Source: an uncultured Alphaproteobacteria bacterium (GTDB lineage: Bacteria; Pseudomonadota; Alphaproteobacteria; RF32; CAG-239). From it: 64,000 nucleotides of DNA. Made by a program: the position numbers and the translations under genes. The notes below the pieces were generated by a model. The model was not told the DNA's origin, did no database searches, and was given only the letters and a program-made list of their open reading frames with translations. Positions 31,700-40,737 of the stretch are shown piece after piece (position 1 is the stretch's first letter; the number at the start of each line of letters is the position of its first letter). The stretch lies in NCBI GenBank assembly GCA_944391435.1, contig CALXTP010000004.1, positions 2,303 to 66,302 of the forward strand, given 5' to 3'.

Positions 31700-32833
31700 A
31701 TGGCCATTGCTCTAAATCAAAATCAGGAATTAAGCTTAAAGGAACGCTTTTTCAACTTAAACTTCATCTTCATTTTTATCCTCATCATACTGGCCGCCAT
31801 CGGCTGCATGACATTATATTCGGCTGCCGGCGGCAAAATGACGCCATGGGCGCTGAACCAGGGGATTCGTTTCGGCTTAGGCTTGGTGGTTATGCTGACA
31901 GCTGCGCTTATCCCGCCGGAATTTTATTATAAAACGACCACAATTTTCTATCTGTTCACCCTTTTCCTGCTGTTGTATGTAGATATTGCCGGCCACAGAG
32001 GCATGGGCGCCCAACGCTGGATAAACCTCGGATTTTTCAAACTCCAACCATCGGAATTGATGAAAGTTGCCGTCGTCCTGCAGCTGGCTCGTTATTTCAG
32101 CAACACGCCCTATGAAGATATCCGCACCATTCGCGGCATCATCATCCCGGTCATTATCGTGGCGGTTCCCGTCGCTTTCATTATGATTCAGCCTGATTTG
32201 GGAACATCTTTGATGGTTTTGTTTTGCGCCGCAGCTTTGTTTTACCTGGCCGGTGTCCAATGGTGGAAATTTGCTGCCGCCGCCGGTGCCGTAGCCGCCG
32301 CAGCCCCGGTACTCTGGCATTTTCTCCACGATTATCAAAAAAACCGCATTTTAACTTTTCTTAATCCCGAACGCGATCCGCAGGGAGCCGGCTATCACAT
32401 CATTCAGGCAAAAATAGCCTTAGGCTCCGGCGGGGCCTGGGGCAAAGGCTATTTATCCGGCACACAGAGCCACTTAAATTTTCTGCCGGAAAAACACACG
32501 GATTTTATCTTTACGACCTTTTCGGAAGAATTCGGCATGGCCGGAGGCATTGTTATTTTGTTGTTAAACCTGATATTGATAAGCTACGGCTATTGGTTTG
32601 CTTTCCGCATACATAACTCCAATTATTTTGGCAAAATGGTCATCTTAGGCCTTAACACCAATTATTTTCTGTATGTATTCATCAACATCGCCATGGTCAT
32701 CGGACTGCTGCCGGTTGTGGGGATACCGTTGCCGCTTATCAGTTATGGCGGAACGGTTATCATCTCGGTTATGGCCAGTTTTGGCATTATGATGTCATTT
32801 TATGCCAACCGCGACCGGGAATTGAAAAAGTAA
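31700..32833 (+). CDS. mrdB: Peptidoglycan glycosyltransferase RodA (SEDS family)
   Basis: 10-TM SEDS protein downstream of mrdA. Contains the conserved loop LPEKHTDFIF. Confidence 0.9.
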   Translation: MAIALNQNQELSLKERFFNLNFIFIFILIILAAIGCMTLYSAAGGKMTPWALNQGIRFGLGLVVMLTAALIPPEFYYKTTTIFYLFTLFLLLYVDIAGHRGMGAQRWINLGFFKLQPSELMKVAVVLQLARYFSNTPYEDIRTIRGIIIPVIIVAVPVAFIMIQPDLGTSLMVLFCAAALFYLAGVQWWKFAAAAGAVAAAAPVLWHFLHDYQKNRILTFLNPERDPQGAGYHIIQAKIALGSGGAWGKGYLSGTQSHLNFLPEKHTDFIFTTFSEEFGMAGGIVILLLNLILISYGYWFAFRIHNSNYFGKMVILGLNTNYFLYVFINIAMVIGLLPVVGIPLPLISYGGTVIISVMASFGIMMSFYANRDRELKK

Positions 32834-32904
32834 TCCCATAATCTCCTTGAAAAAGAAAATACCGCACATATATAGCAAAATATGCGGATACCAAGGAGGA
32901 AACA

Positions 32905-33315
32905 ATGCCATATTTACGGATAACTGCCATTTTTTGCACCATGGCCATTTTATCGTCATGTGCTTCACCGCAAAAATATAACACCCGCCTTAATCAGGAA
33001 TTGGGAAAAAGCCAACAGCAGCTGATAAGCAGTTTCGGCACGCCGTCATCTGTAAAAAAATTTGCCAACGGTGACAAAATAATCTCATACGTTAACCTCA
33101 ATTATCAAACCATTCCGGACCCGGATTACGACTTCAGTACCGATTTTATGACCGAAAATGAATTATTCACCCCTTTTACTTTCGGCGGAGATGAAATACC
33201 GATAGGGAATTTTATGGGAGAAACGATTACCGATTATTGCAAAACAGATTTCTACCTCACCGGCAACATCGTTACCTCTTGGCAATGGCGGGGCAACGCT
33301 TGCGGCGTTTTATAA
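32905..33315 (+). CDS. Hypothetical lipoprotein
   Basis: Lipobox AILSSCAS. Confidence 0.45.
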   Translation: MPYLRITAIFCTMAILSSCASPQKYNTRLNQELGKSQQQLISSFGTPSSVKKFANGDKIISYVNLNYQTIPDPDYDFSTDFMTENELFTPFTFGGDEIPIGNFMGETITDYCKTDFYLTGNIVTSWQWRGNACGVL

Positions 33316-33347
33316 CAAAACAACAATATCTGTCCGCCTGCCGCCGC

Positions 33348-34337
33348 TTAAATCCGTTGGCATTCCTTTTCACCTAAACGCAAAGCGAAAATTTTTTGAA
33401 TATCTGAATCTTTTTGTTCATCTGCAACATCAACGGCGCTGGCACGTTCAAACGGAATATTCCTTTTTTGATAACGCTCGCTCAAAATATCTTCCATCTT
33501 TTTACACCGCTCAAAACTATTCTTCAGGCTCTGTTCCAGACTATCGCGGTTGATTTCAGGCGAAGGTTCTTCCCTATCTTTAACAGGTGTCATATTGATG
33601 CCGTTTTCCCGAAAAATATTAACCAGCCTGTTTTGCATTTCAGGTGACAAATGTTTGAGCGCAGCTTGTTGCGGACGTTGGCGCAAATAATCAACCAACC
33701 GCATTTTTTCCTCTCTGTTCATAATACGCGACATCGTTTTTCTGATTTCATTATCCGCTTCGTCCAAAGTCATTCCGGAAAGAGATCCACCGTTCTGCGC
33801 CTTACGATAAGCCCTGTCCGCCGTTTTCGCCAAATGGATAATATATTTTTCCGGTTGATGTTCTCGCCATTCTTTTTCAATAATTTGCCGGTCTTTTTCG
33901 CGCAAAGCCAGCCAGCGAGCTTTTTGTTCCGGACTAAAAGGCTGATTGCCGGCTTCTTTAAGCAATTGCATACGCTGCTCGCGGTTGGCCGTCATTTCCG
34001 CCACGGTTTCCGCAGCATATCCGAGCGCCAACAGGCTGACACTATAGTTAATCAGGGCTCGGCTTTCTTTTTCTTCTTCGTTCAGCTTTTCTTCTTCGGC
34101 ATCAACAAAATCATCTGCCGCCACATTACCATCCAACACTTCGCGCGGCAAAACATCACTGTACCTATCCTTAACCCATTCCGGCACATATTCCCATATT
34201 TTATAATGTGTTTCATGCCGGCTCAAAATAGCCGTCAACACGTCATCCGGCACATCTTCAGCTGTTGCCCGCCGATAATCATCCGGATAATTGGCATATA
34301 AAAATCTCTCAAAATCATCAGAACACTTAGACATCAT
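33348..34337 (-). CDS. Hypothetical protein
   Basis: ORF 33348..34451. The start is more likely at 34337, where a GGGAG RBS precedes ATGATG. Confidence 0.45.
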   Translation of the reverse strand: MMSKCSDDFERFLYANYPDDYRRATAEDVPDDVLTAILSRHETHYKIWEYVPEWVKDRYSDVLPREVLDGNVAADDFVDAEEEKLNEEEKESRALINYSVSLLALGYAAETVAEMTANREQRMQLLKEAGNQPFSPEQKARWLALREKDRQIIEKEWREHQPEKYIIHLAKTADRAYRKAQNGGSLSGMTLDEADNEIRKTMSRIMNREEKMRLVDYLRQRPQQAALKHLSPEMQNRLVNIFRENGINMTPVKDREEPSPEINRDSLEQSLKNSFERCKKMEDILSERYQKRNIPFERASAVDVADEQKDSDIQKIFALRLGEKECQRI

Positions 34338-34478
34338 ATTTCTCCCGCATCCCGATTGACACTTCATTGGTACTATAATATCATATTTTTTACTGCCTGA
34401 CAATAAAAAAATCCCGAAACCTGACGATTTCGGAATTTTACATTGTAGCAATTGTAACGATGTTTTCTGCTGTCATTT

Positions 34479-34865
34479 TCACGAATCAAGATATTTTTCC
34501 GCATCCCGGTTGCAATATTTGTTCATATACAACACAAACCTGAACACCAAAAAACATCCGGTCAGCAAAACCGCCAAAAACAAACAGCTTGCCACGTTAT
34601 AAACGCCTGCCAAATAGCTTATCCTGCCCATAAACAGTATCAGCAGCATAATAAACAACACCCGCAGATTCAACGAACGGCGTTGGATAAAGCTGATAAG
34701 CAAAGCCTCTGCCTGGCCGATACAGGCAATAACCAAACAGACAAACGCAACTGTTTCTTCCGAAAAATAGGAAATTGCAAACAACAGCAGACACGCTGCA
34801 AAAACAACATTTGTTACAACTTTTAATTTAAAACGTTCCATAAAAATAATATTAAAAAACAACAA
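34479..34865 (-). CDS. Small polytopic membrane protein, hypothetical
   Basis: 128 aa with 3-4 hydrophobic helices. Confidence 0.35.
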   Translation of the reverse strand: MLFFNIIFMERFKLKVVTNVVFAACLLLFAISYFSEETVAFVCLVIACIGQAEALLISFIQRRSLNLRVLFIMLLILFMGRISYLAGVYNVASCLFLAVLLTGCFLVFRFVLYMNKYCNRDAEKYLDS

Positions 34866-34942
34866 AATATCTGAATAACTTTATAACCGCTCCAACTCTA
34901 ACAACAGACAAATTTAAAATCAAGCCCCCTAAAAAAATATTT

Positions 34943-35932
34943 TTATCCCCGGCTAAATCCGTTGCGCAACATTTCCAGGCTCAAAGCCGTTGCCGCCTGC
35001 ACAGAGGGGCTGCCGCCCAAATCGTTTAACATCAGAAAATCATGGATAGTCCCGTTAACACGCACGGCAAAAGTCAAAACGCCGGCATCATCAAGCTTTC
35101 TGGCATAAGCCTCGCCTTCATCGCGCAGAACATCATTTTCCGCCGTAACCACCAGCGCCGGCGGCAACCCCTGCAAATCATGCTTTGTCGCCGCCAGCGG
35201 GCTGGCCTCTTTGCTCTTGCGTTTTTCCAGATCTGGCAGATACTGTTGCCAAAACCATTCCATTGCCTTTTTTGTCAGCCACGGCCCCGAAGCAAACTGT
35301 TCATACGATTCGGTATTAAAATCGGCCCCTGTTACCGGATAAAACAGCAGTTGAAAATCTATTTTCGGCACAAACCCGTTTTCTTTTGCCATCAGCGCCA
35401 TAACTGTCGCCATATTGCCGCCAACGCTGTCGCCGGCAACGGCCAGCCTGGAAACATTAAGTCCGTATTTATGCCCGTTTGCAACAATATCAGACAACGC
35501 ATGAAACAAATCATCCGTTATCTGCGGAAACTGCCCCTCCGGTGCCGGCGTATAAAGGGGAAAGATAACAGACGCCGGCACCCCTTTTGCCAAAACGGAA
35601 ACCAGCCGGCGATGCGTAAAGGCATCTCCCATAACCCAGCCTCCGCCATGGATGTAATAGATTGTTCCCAAAGGCTCAACACCGCCCAACGGATTAAAAA
35701 CCCTCAGTGTCATCGTCCGCCCGCCGGCCAGCTCCGCTTTTATATCGCGAAATTCAATATCCGGCACATCAACCGGTATGGCAGCCTGCTCATTATGCAA
35801 AAATTCGCGTGCCTCTTCCGGAGTCAGTTCCTGCAAAGGCCGCCCGCCTGTTTTGTTAATTTTTTCAATAAATTCCCGTTCCGCCGAAAATAAATTTGCT
35901 TTTTTCATGTTTTCATCCTCCCTGTCAGACAA
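34943..35932 (-). CDS. Alpha/beta hydrolase (hormone-sensitive-lipase-like esterase)
   Basis: Oxyanion HGGGW motif and nucleophile elbow GDSVGG. Confidence 0.8.
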   Translation of the reverse strand: MSDREDENMKKANLFSAEREFIEKINKTGGRPLQELTPEEAREFLHNEQAAIPVDVPDIEFRDIKAELAGGRTMTLRVFNPLGGVEPLGTIYYIHGGGWVMGDAFTHRRLVSVLAKGVPASVIFPLYTPAPEGQFPQITDDLFHALSDIVANGHKYGLNVSRLAVAGDSVGGNMATVMALMAKENGFVPKIDFQLLFYPVTGADFNTESYEQFASGPWLTKKAMEWFWQQYLPDLEKRKSKEASPLAATKHDLQGLPPALVVTAENDVLRDEGEAYARKLDDAGVLTFAVRVNGTIHDFLMLNDLGGSPSVQAATALSLEMLRNGFSRG

Positions 35933-36298
35933 ATAAACCGTATTTCGCCGTTTTCAACCCCGGCATTTTTACTTTTTACCGCAAAAAAAGATTGACAACC
36001 CCCACGGATATATCTAACTTAAAACCAAGCCGATACATTATCAGCCAGTGCCTTGAGAAAGGTGCGGGGCTGTCGTAAGCTCTTATATGTCGCGGTGTTG
36101 GATAGCATCGTTAGTTGCTGCTTAAAAAGCAACATATATCCCCGACTGAGAAGGTCGGGGAGCTTTCGGCGCATGTCCAAAGGTGCCTTTATCTCTGAAA
36201 TAGCACCCGAAAGGTTGAAAGAATCATCTCGACATATATGATTTACGAACTTCTCGACCGCCTTTTCCATAGGTGGTTTTTCTTTATGGGGAAGTGCT

Positions 36299-37861
36299 TT
36301 GATGACCGGTTCTTTTTTATCTTTCTTCACAACCGCCACCCGCAAGCTGGATATTCTCCAACAAAAACAAAATCTAATTTTTATATGCAGTTGCACACTT
36401 TTCGCGCTCATAACAATAACGCGCATATTCACCGCTAATTATTTCTTTTTTGATACGGCCGAACATATACATGCCTCATGGCTGGTCAGCATCGGGAAAA
36501 TCCCCTATCGGGATTTTTTTGAACATCATAATCCGTTGCTGTGGTTTTGCCTTGCCCCGCTCACGCAACTGTTTGAAAGAAAGATTTGCCTGATTTTCAT
36601 TGTTCGTTTTGTTGCCGTTATAAGTTGGGCAGCCTGCCTTGCCGTTATATACAAGATAAGCCGAAAATTTTTGTATGACAAACCAAAAGCGCAACTATCC
36701 GTATTGATTTTATTGTCAATCCCCTCCATTTGGGCTGATGCCATAAATATCCGCCCAGACACCTTTATGCTGCTAAGTTTTTTAATGGCCGTATATTTCC
36801 TGTATAATTATCTGGACGGTGCCGGCAGGGCTTCATTGGCTATTTCATATATCTGCTTATCCCTGTCTTTCCTGTTTTTACAAAAAATGCTGTTTCTTGG
36901 CATGGGATTCGCAATAGCCAACCTGTTATTATGGCAACAAAAAAAGATTAAAACGGCCGATATTTGCCTCGCCGCCCTGTATGCGCTTATCCCTCTGATA
37001 ATTTTTCTTTTTTACCTGATAGACAATGATTGTCTGCACACCTGGTTTTACTACAATTTTCCGTTCAACACCCAGCTGAAAAGTTTTTACAAATCCTATA
37101 CATCTGGCCTTTCCGCCCGGCTGGGCACTTTTACAGCCTTATCGCTGCTCGTTTTGGCCAGGTGGTTCCGTCCGACTTGGCAAACGCTTATTATCTGTTG
37201 TTGCGGAATAAGCGCTTTGATGATGGTTAAATTTTTTGCCCCGCACCCCTGGTATTACGTCCCCTATTGGGTATTCGCATCAATCCTTTTAGCCGGCATT
37301 ATCGGCAAAAGCAAATATTTTAGTTTATGGTTTGCCATAATCCTGTATTGCTTCCTGAACACATCAGCAGCACTTCTTCCCAAACAGCACAATATTCTTT
37401 TCGCCCAGACATTGCAAAACATAAAAGATATTATGGAGCATTCTTCAAAACAAGACACCGTGCTCAATCTAAAAAAGGAAACCATCCACCTGTTTAACCA
37501 CGACGCCTTTTATCATTGGTTCGGTTTTCATAATGTTGCTATTTGCGATGCCATCTACAACCGGAAACAGTATTTTGATATAAACACCGCCATAAAAAGC
37601 GCCAAACCGGATATTATCATTTTCGACGGCAATTCATTTTTCCCGGTTGCCCACGATGTTGTTATGACGCAGCGTGAAAACTATCGCATTGCCAGAAACC
37701 AGCATATTATCCAAAAAGCAAGAACGTTCCCGGCAATACTGTCCAAAATAAGCTATCCGCAAGATGACTTCTGGAAAGTTGATAAAAAATGGATAAAACA
37801 GCATTATCAAAAAATAGAAAACACCGATATCTGGAAAAAGCGCCCCGTTCCCGGAACATAA
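36299..37861 (+). CDS. Polytopic membrane protein, putative GT-C-fold glycosyltransferase (paralog 1 of 3)
   Basis: About 11 TM helices and a C-terminal soluble domain. The first extracytoplasmic loop carries the conserved EHIHASWLV..PYRDFFEHHNPL shared with the paralogs at 45489 and 46993. Confidence 0.5.
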   Translation: MMTGSFLSFFTTATRKLDILQQKQNLIFICSCTLFALITITRIFTANYFFFDTAEHIHASWLVSIGKIPYRDFFEHHNPLLWFCLAPLTQLFERKICLIFIVRFVAVISWAACLAVIYKISRKFLYDKPKAQLSVLILLSIPSIWADAINIRPDTFMLLSFLMAVYFLYNYLDGAGRASLAISYICLSLSFLFLQKMLFLGMGFAIANLLLWQQKKIKTADICLAALYALIPLIIFLFYLIDNDCLHTWFYYNFPFNTQLKSFYKSYTSGLSARLGTFTALSLLVLARWFRPTWQTLIICCCGISALMMVKFFAPHPWYYVPYWVFASILLAGIIGKSKYFSLWFAIILYCFLNTSAALLPKQHNILFAQTLQNIKDIMEHSSKQDTVLNLKKETIHLFNHDAFYHWFGFHNVAICDAIYNRKQYFDINTAIKSAKPDIIIFDGNSFFPVAHDVVMTQRENYRIARNQHIIQKARTFPAILSKISYPQDDFWKVDKKWIKQHYQKIENTDIWKKRPVPGT

Positions 37862-37864
37862 AAA

Positions 37865-37941
37865 TGGTGTCAGCGGCGGGACTCGAACCCACTACCCACA
37901 GTTTAGGAAACTGTTGCTCTATCCTGATGAGCTACGCCGAC
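37865..37941 (-). tRNA. tRNA-Arg (anticodon CCU)
   Basis: Hand-folded 77-nt cloverleaf on the minus strand: 7-bp acceptor stem, D-arm GCTC/GAGC, anticodon loop TTCCTAA, T-arm GTGGG-TTCGAGT-CCCGC, discriminator A, encoded CCA. Confidence 0.85.
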
Positions 37942-38051
37942 AACCCAGATACTGGCTTACCGTCAAAAATAATAAAAAGCAAGCAAAATTTTAACACTCC
38001 CGCGATTTTAGCACTTAATTCCCGGTACAAAACGGACATATCCTCCACCGT

Positions 38052-39641
38052 TCAGGCCAAAGCCGCCCGGATAAGCTGCTGGGCATACGGCGTCTGCGGA
38101 TGTGAAAAAATATCGTTGGCCGTCCCTTTTTCCACAATTCTCCCATGGCGCATAACCGCCACTTCATGTGAAATGGCACGCACCGCCCGCATATCGTGAG
38201 AAATAAATAAATAGGCAATACCTGTCATCTTTTGAATTTTTTTAAGCAACTCCAGGATTTCTGCCTGTACCGTCACATCCAAAGCCGATGTCGGCTCATC
38301 TAAAATCATGATTTTCGGTTCAACAACCAATGCTCTTGCAATGGCAATACGCTGCCGTTGTCCGCCGGAAAACTCATGCGGATACTTATCCAGAATATCC
38401 TCGTCCGTTAACCCGACATCGGCCAAAACATTTTTCACCCGTTCTTCCTTCTGCTTTTCCGTAAGTTGTGAAAAATGGACCAACAGCCCCTCTTCCACGA
38501 TTTTCCTTACAGTCATCCGCGGATTGAGGGAATTATACGGGTCTTGAAAAACAATCTGTACATTTTTGCGAAAATCCTTTTCATTGCGGATATGGACGGA
38601 TTTCGCTATCAGGATTTCCCCCTGATAGCGGATAAGGTCCGCCATACACAACCCGAGCGTTGTTTTTCCCGAGCCGGATTCGCCGACAATCCCCAACGTT
38701 TTCCCCTCATACAAAGCCAAAGAAACATCTTGAACGGCATGAATTTCTTTAACCGTTTTGCCTAACAGATTTTTTTTCAGCGGAAAACTGACCGACAAAT
38801 GGCGTGCTTCCATCAGTTTGCGTGACGCAAAATCAACCAGCGGGTTCGTCCGGTAAAACGCCGCCAAAAGCTCTTTCGTATATGGGTGCATCGGCGCGTT
38901 AAAAATATTGCCGACACTCCCCTGTTCCACAATAACGCCATGCCGCATAACCAGCACACGGTTAGCTATTTTCCGTACCAGCATCAAATCATGGGAAATA
39001 AAGATGACGGCCATGCCGAATTTTTCTTTCAGCCGCAGCAACAAATCCAAAATTTGCTTTTGCACCGTTACATCCAAAGCCGTCGTCGGCTCATCGGCAA
39101 TCAAAACTTTCGGCTTATTGGCCACAGCCATGGCAATCATCACCCGTTGCCGCTGTCCGCCGGAAAGTTCAAACGGATAAGCATTCATCCTTTCCCCGGC
39201 ATTTTCTATCCCAACCAGGCGCAGCAGATAACGCGCGCGCGCCCATGCTTTTCTAGCCGAAACTTTTTTATGAACCCGGATAACCTCCGCAACCTGTTCT
39301 CCGATTTTTACCAACGGGTTCAGCGAGCTCATCGGTTCTTGAAAAATCATGCTGATATCATTGCCGCGAATATTCTGCCACTCGCTCTCCGACAATGCCG
39401 TCAGTTCTTTTCCTTCAAACAAAATAGAATTGGTGCTCTTATACAATACTTTTTTCGGATTAATCAGCCCCATCAGTGACAAAGCCGTTACGGATTTTCC
39501 CGAACCGGATTCGCCGACGATAGCCAGCACCTCGCCGGGTTCCACTGCAAAACTGCTGTTATAAACAGCTGAAAACAGCCCGCCCTCGGCATTGATAAAG
39601 CGGACATTCAGGCTTTTAACTTCCAACACCGGTTCCGTCAT
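38052..39641 (-). CDS. yejF: ABC transporter ATP-binding protein with two fused ABC domains (YejF/DppDF-like)
   Basis: Two Walker A sites (GESGSGKS twice), two LSGGQRQR signatures, and two Walker B sites (ILDEPTSALD, LIADEPTTALD). 529 aa, the same as E. coli YejF. Confidence 0.85.
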   Translation of the reverse strand: MTEPVLEVKSLNVRFINAEGGLFSAVYNSSFAVEPGEVLAIVGESGSGKSVTALSLMGLINPKKVLYKSTNSILFEGKELTALSESEWQNIRGNDISMIFQEPMSSLNPLVKIGEQVAEVIRVHKKVSARKAWARARYLLRLVGIENAGERMNAYPFELSGGQRQRVMIAMAVANKPKVLIADEPTTALDVTVQKQILDLLLRLKEKFGMAVIFISHDLMLVRKIANRVLVMRHGVIVEQGSVGNIFNAPMHPYTKELLAAFYRTNPLVDFASRKLMEARHLSVSFPLKKNLLGKTVKEIHAVQDVSLALYEGKTLGIVGESGSGKTTLGLCMADLIRYQGEILIAKSVHIRNEKDFRKNVQIVFQDPYNSLNPRMTVRKIVEEGLLVHFSQLTEKQKEERVKNVLADVGLTDEDILDKYPHEFSGGQRQRIAIARALVVEPKIMILDEPTSALDVTVQAEILELLKKIQKMTGIAYLFISHDMRAVRAISHEVAVMRHGRIVEKGTANDIFSHPQTPYAQQLIRAALA

Positions 39642-40633
39642 CTTTTCCTCTTATCCATGGCATCGCGCACCCCTTCGCCGATAAAGATAAGTGCCGTTAA
39701 AAGCATTGAAAGCACAAAAAAGATGCTCAACCCAATCCACGGCGCCTGCAAATTATCCTTTCCCTGGCGCACCAAATCGCCGAGCGACGGATATTCATGT
39801 CCGAGCCCCAGCCCCAAAAAGTCCAGCGCCGTTAATGCCACAATGGCTCCTGCCATAATAAACGGCACAAACGTAACCGTCGTAACCAATGCATTCGGCA
39901 AAATATGCCGCCACATAATCCGAAAATTCCCCACGCCGATAGCTTTCGCCGCTTTCACATATTCAAAATTGCGCGCCCGCAAAAATTCTGCCCGCACCAT
40001 CCCCGTCAACTCCGTCCATGAAAACAGCAGCAAAATAAGCAGCAGTGTCCAAAACGTCGGCACAAAAATGCTTGCCACAATAATTAAAATAAACATTTGC
40101 GGCATTGAATCCCATATTTCAATCACCCTTTGCAAAACAATATCCGTTTTTCCGCCGAAATATCCCTGCACGGCGCCGGCAAAAATTCCTATAACCGACG
40201 ACAACAGCGTCAAAAGAAATGCAAAAACAAACGACAAACGGATTCCATACAAAAGCCTTGCCGCAATATCCCGGCCTTCCTCATCTGTCCCCAGCCAATG
40301 CCGTTTGGACGGCGGCGCCGGAAAAGGCTCATTCATCTCATAATCCACCGTATTATAAGAAAAAGGGATAGGCGGCATAACCATATACCCGTCCGCCTCT
40401 ATGTTTTTACGGATAAGTTCGTCCTTATAATCTGCTTCAGTCGGGAAATCGCCGCCAAAACGCGCATCGGTATACACCTTAAAAATCGGAAAAAAATACT
40501 CGCCGTCATATTTCAGGACAATCGGCTTGTCATTTGCAATAACTTCAGCCAACAGCGACAAAAGCAGCATAACCGATAACAAAACCAGCGCCGCTTTTCC
40601 CCGTCTATTTTTTATATATTTGCCTGCCTGCAT
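39638..40633 (-). CDS. yejE: ABC transporter permease, DppC/OppC family (YejE-like)
   Basis: N-terminal TM, a long periplasmic loop, and the EAA-type loop AAKAIGVGNFRIMWRHILPN. ATGA overlap with yejF. Confidence 0.8.
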   Translation of the reverse strand: MQAGKYIKNRRGKAALVLLSVMLLLSLLAEVIANDKPIVLKYDGEYFFPIFKVYTDARFGGDFPTEADYKDELIRKNIEADGYMVMPPIPFSYNTVDYEMNEPFPAPPSKRHWLGTDEEGRDIAARLLYGIRLSFVFAFLLTLLSSVIGIFAGAVQGYFGGKTDIVLQRVIEIWDSMPQMFILIIVASIFVPTFWTLLLILLLFSWTELTGMVRAEFLRARNFEYVKAAKAIGVGNFRIMWRHILPNALVTTVTFVPFIMAGAIVALTALDFLGLGLGHEYPSLGDLVRQGKDNLQAPWIGLSIFFVLSMLLTALIFIGEGVRDAMDKRKR

Positions 40634-40737
40634 GGCCTCTCCGCAAAAACAACGTCCTTTATCCCTGTTTGTATACCAATCTGTTGAATAATCAATAATA
40701 AAATAAATTTATTGCCGCTTTTCCTCAGGCACACAAA

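Noticed and set aside
36130-36210. TPP riboswitch suggested by a CUGAGA box next to a GGGG stem
   Set aside because: The conserved distal TPP aptamer elements, such as the pyrimidine-sensor helix with the CUGGAUAAUGCCAGCG-like motif, are absent. It is reported only as a generic structured region.
36019-36432. 137-aa minus-strand ORF
   Set aside because: It has no RBS, spans a hairpin-rich intergenic region, and overlaps the start of the 36299 gene.
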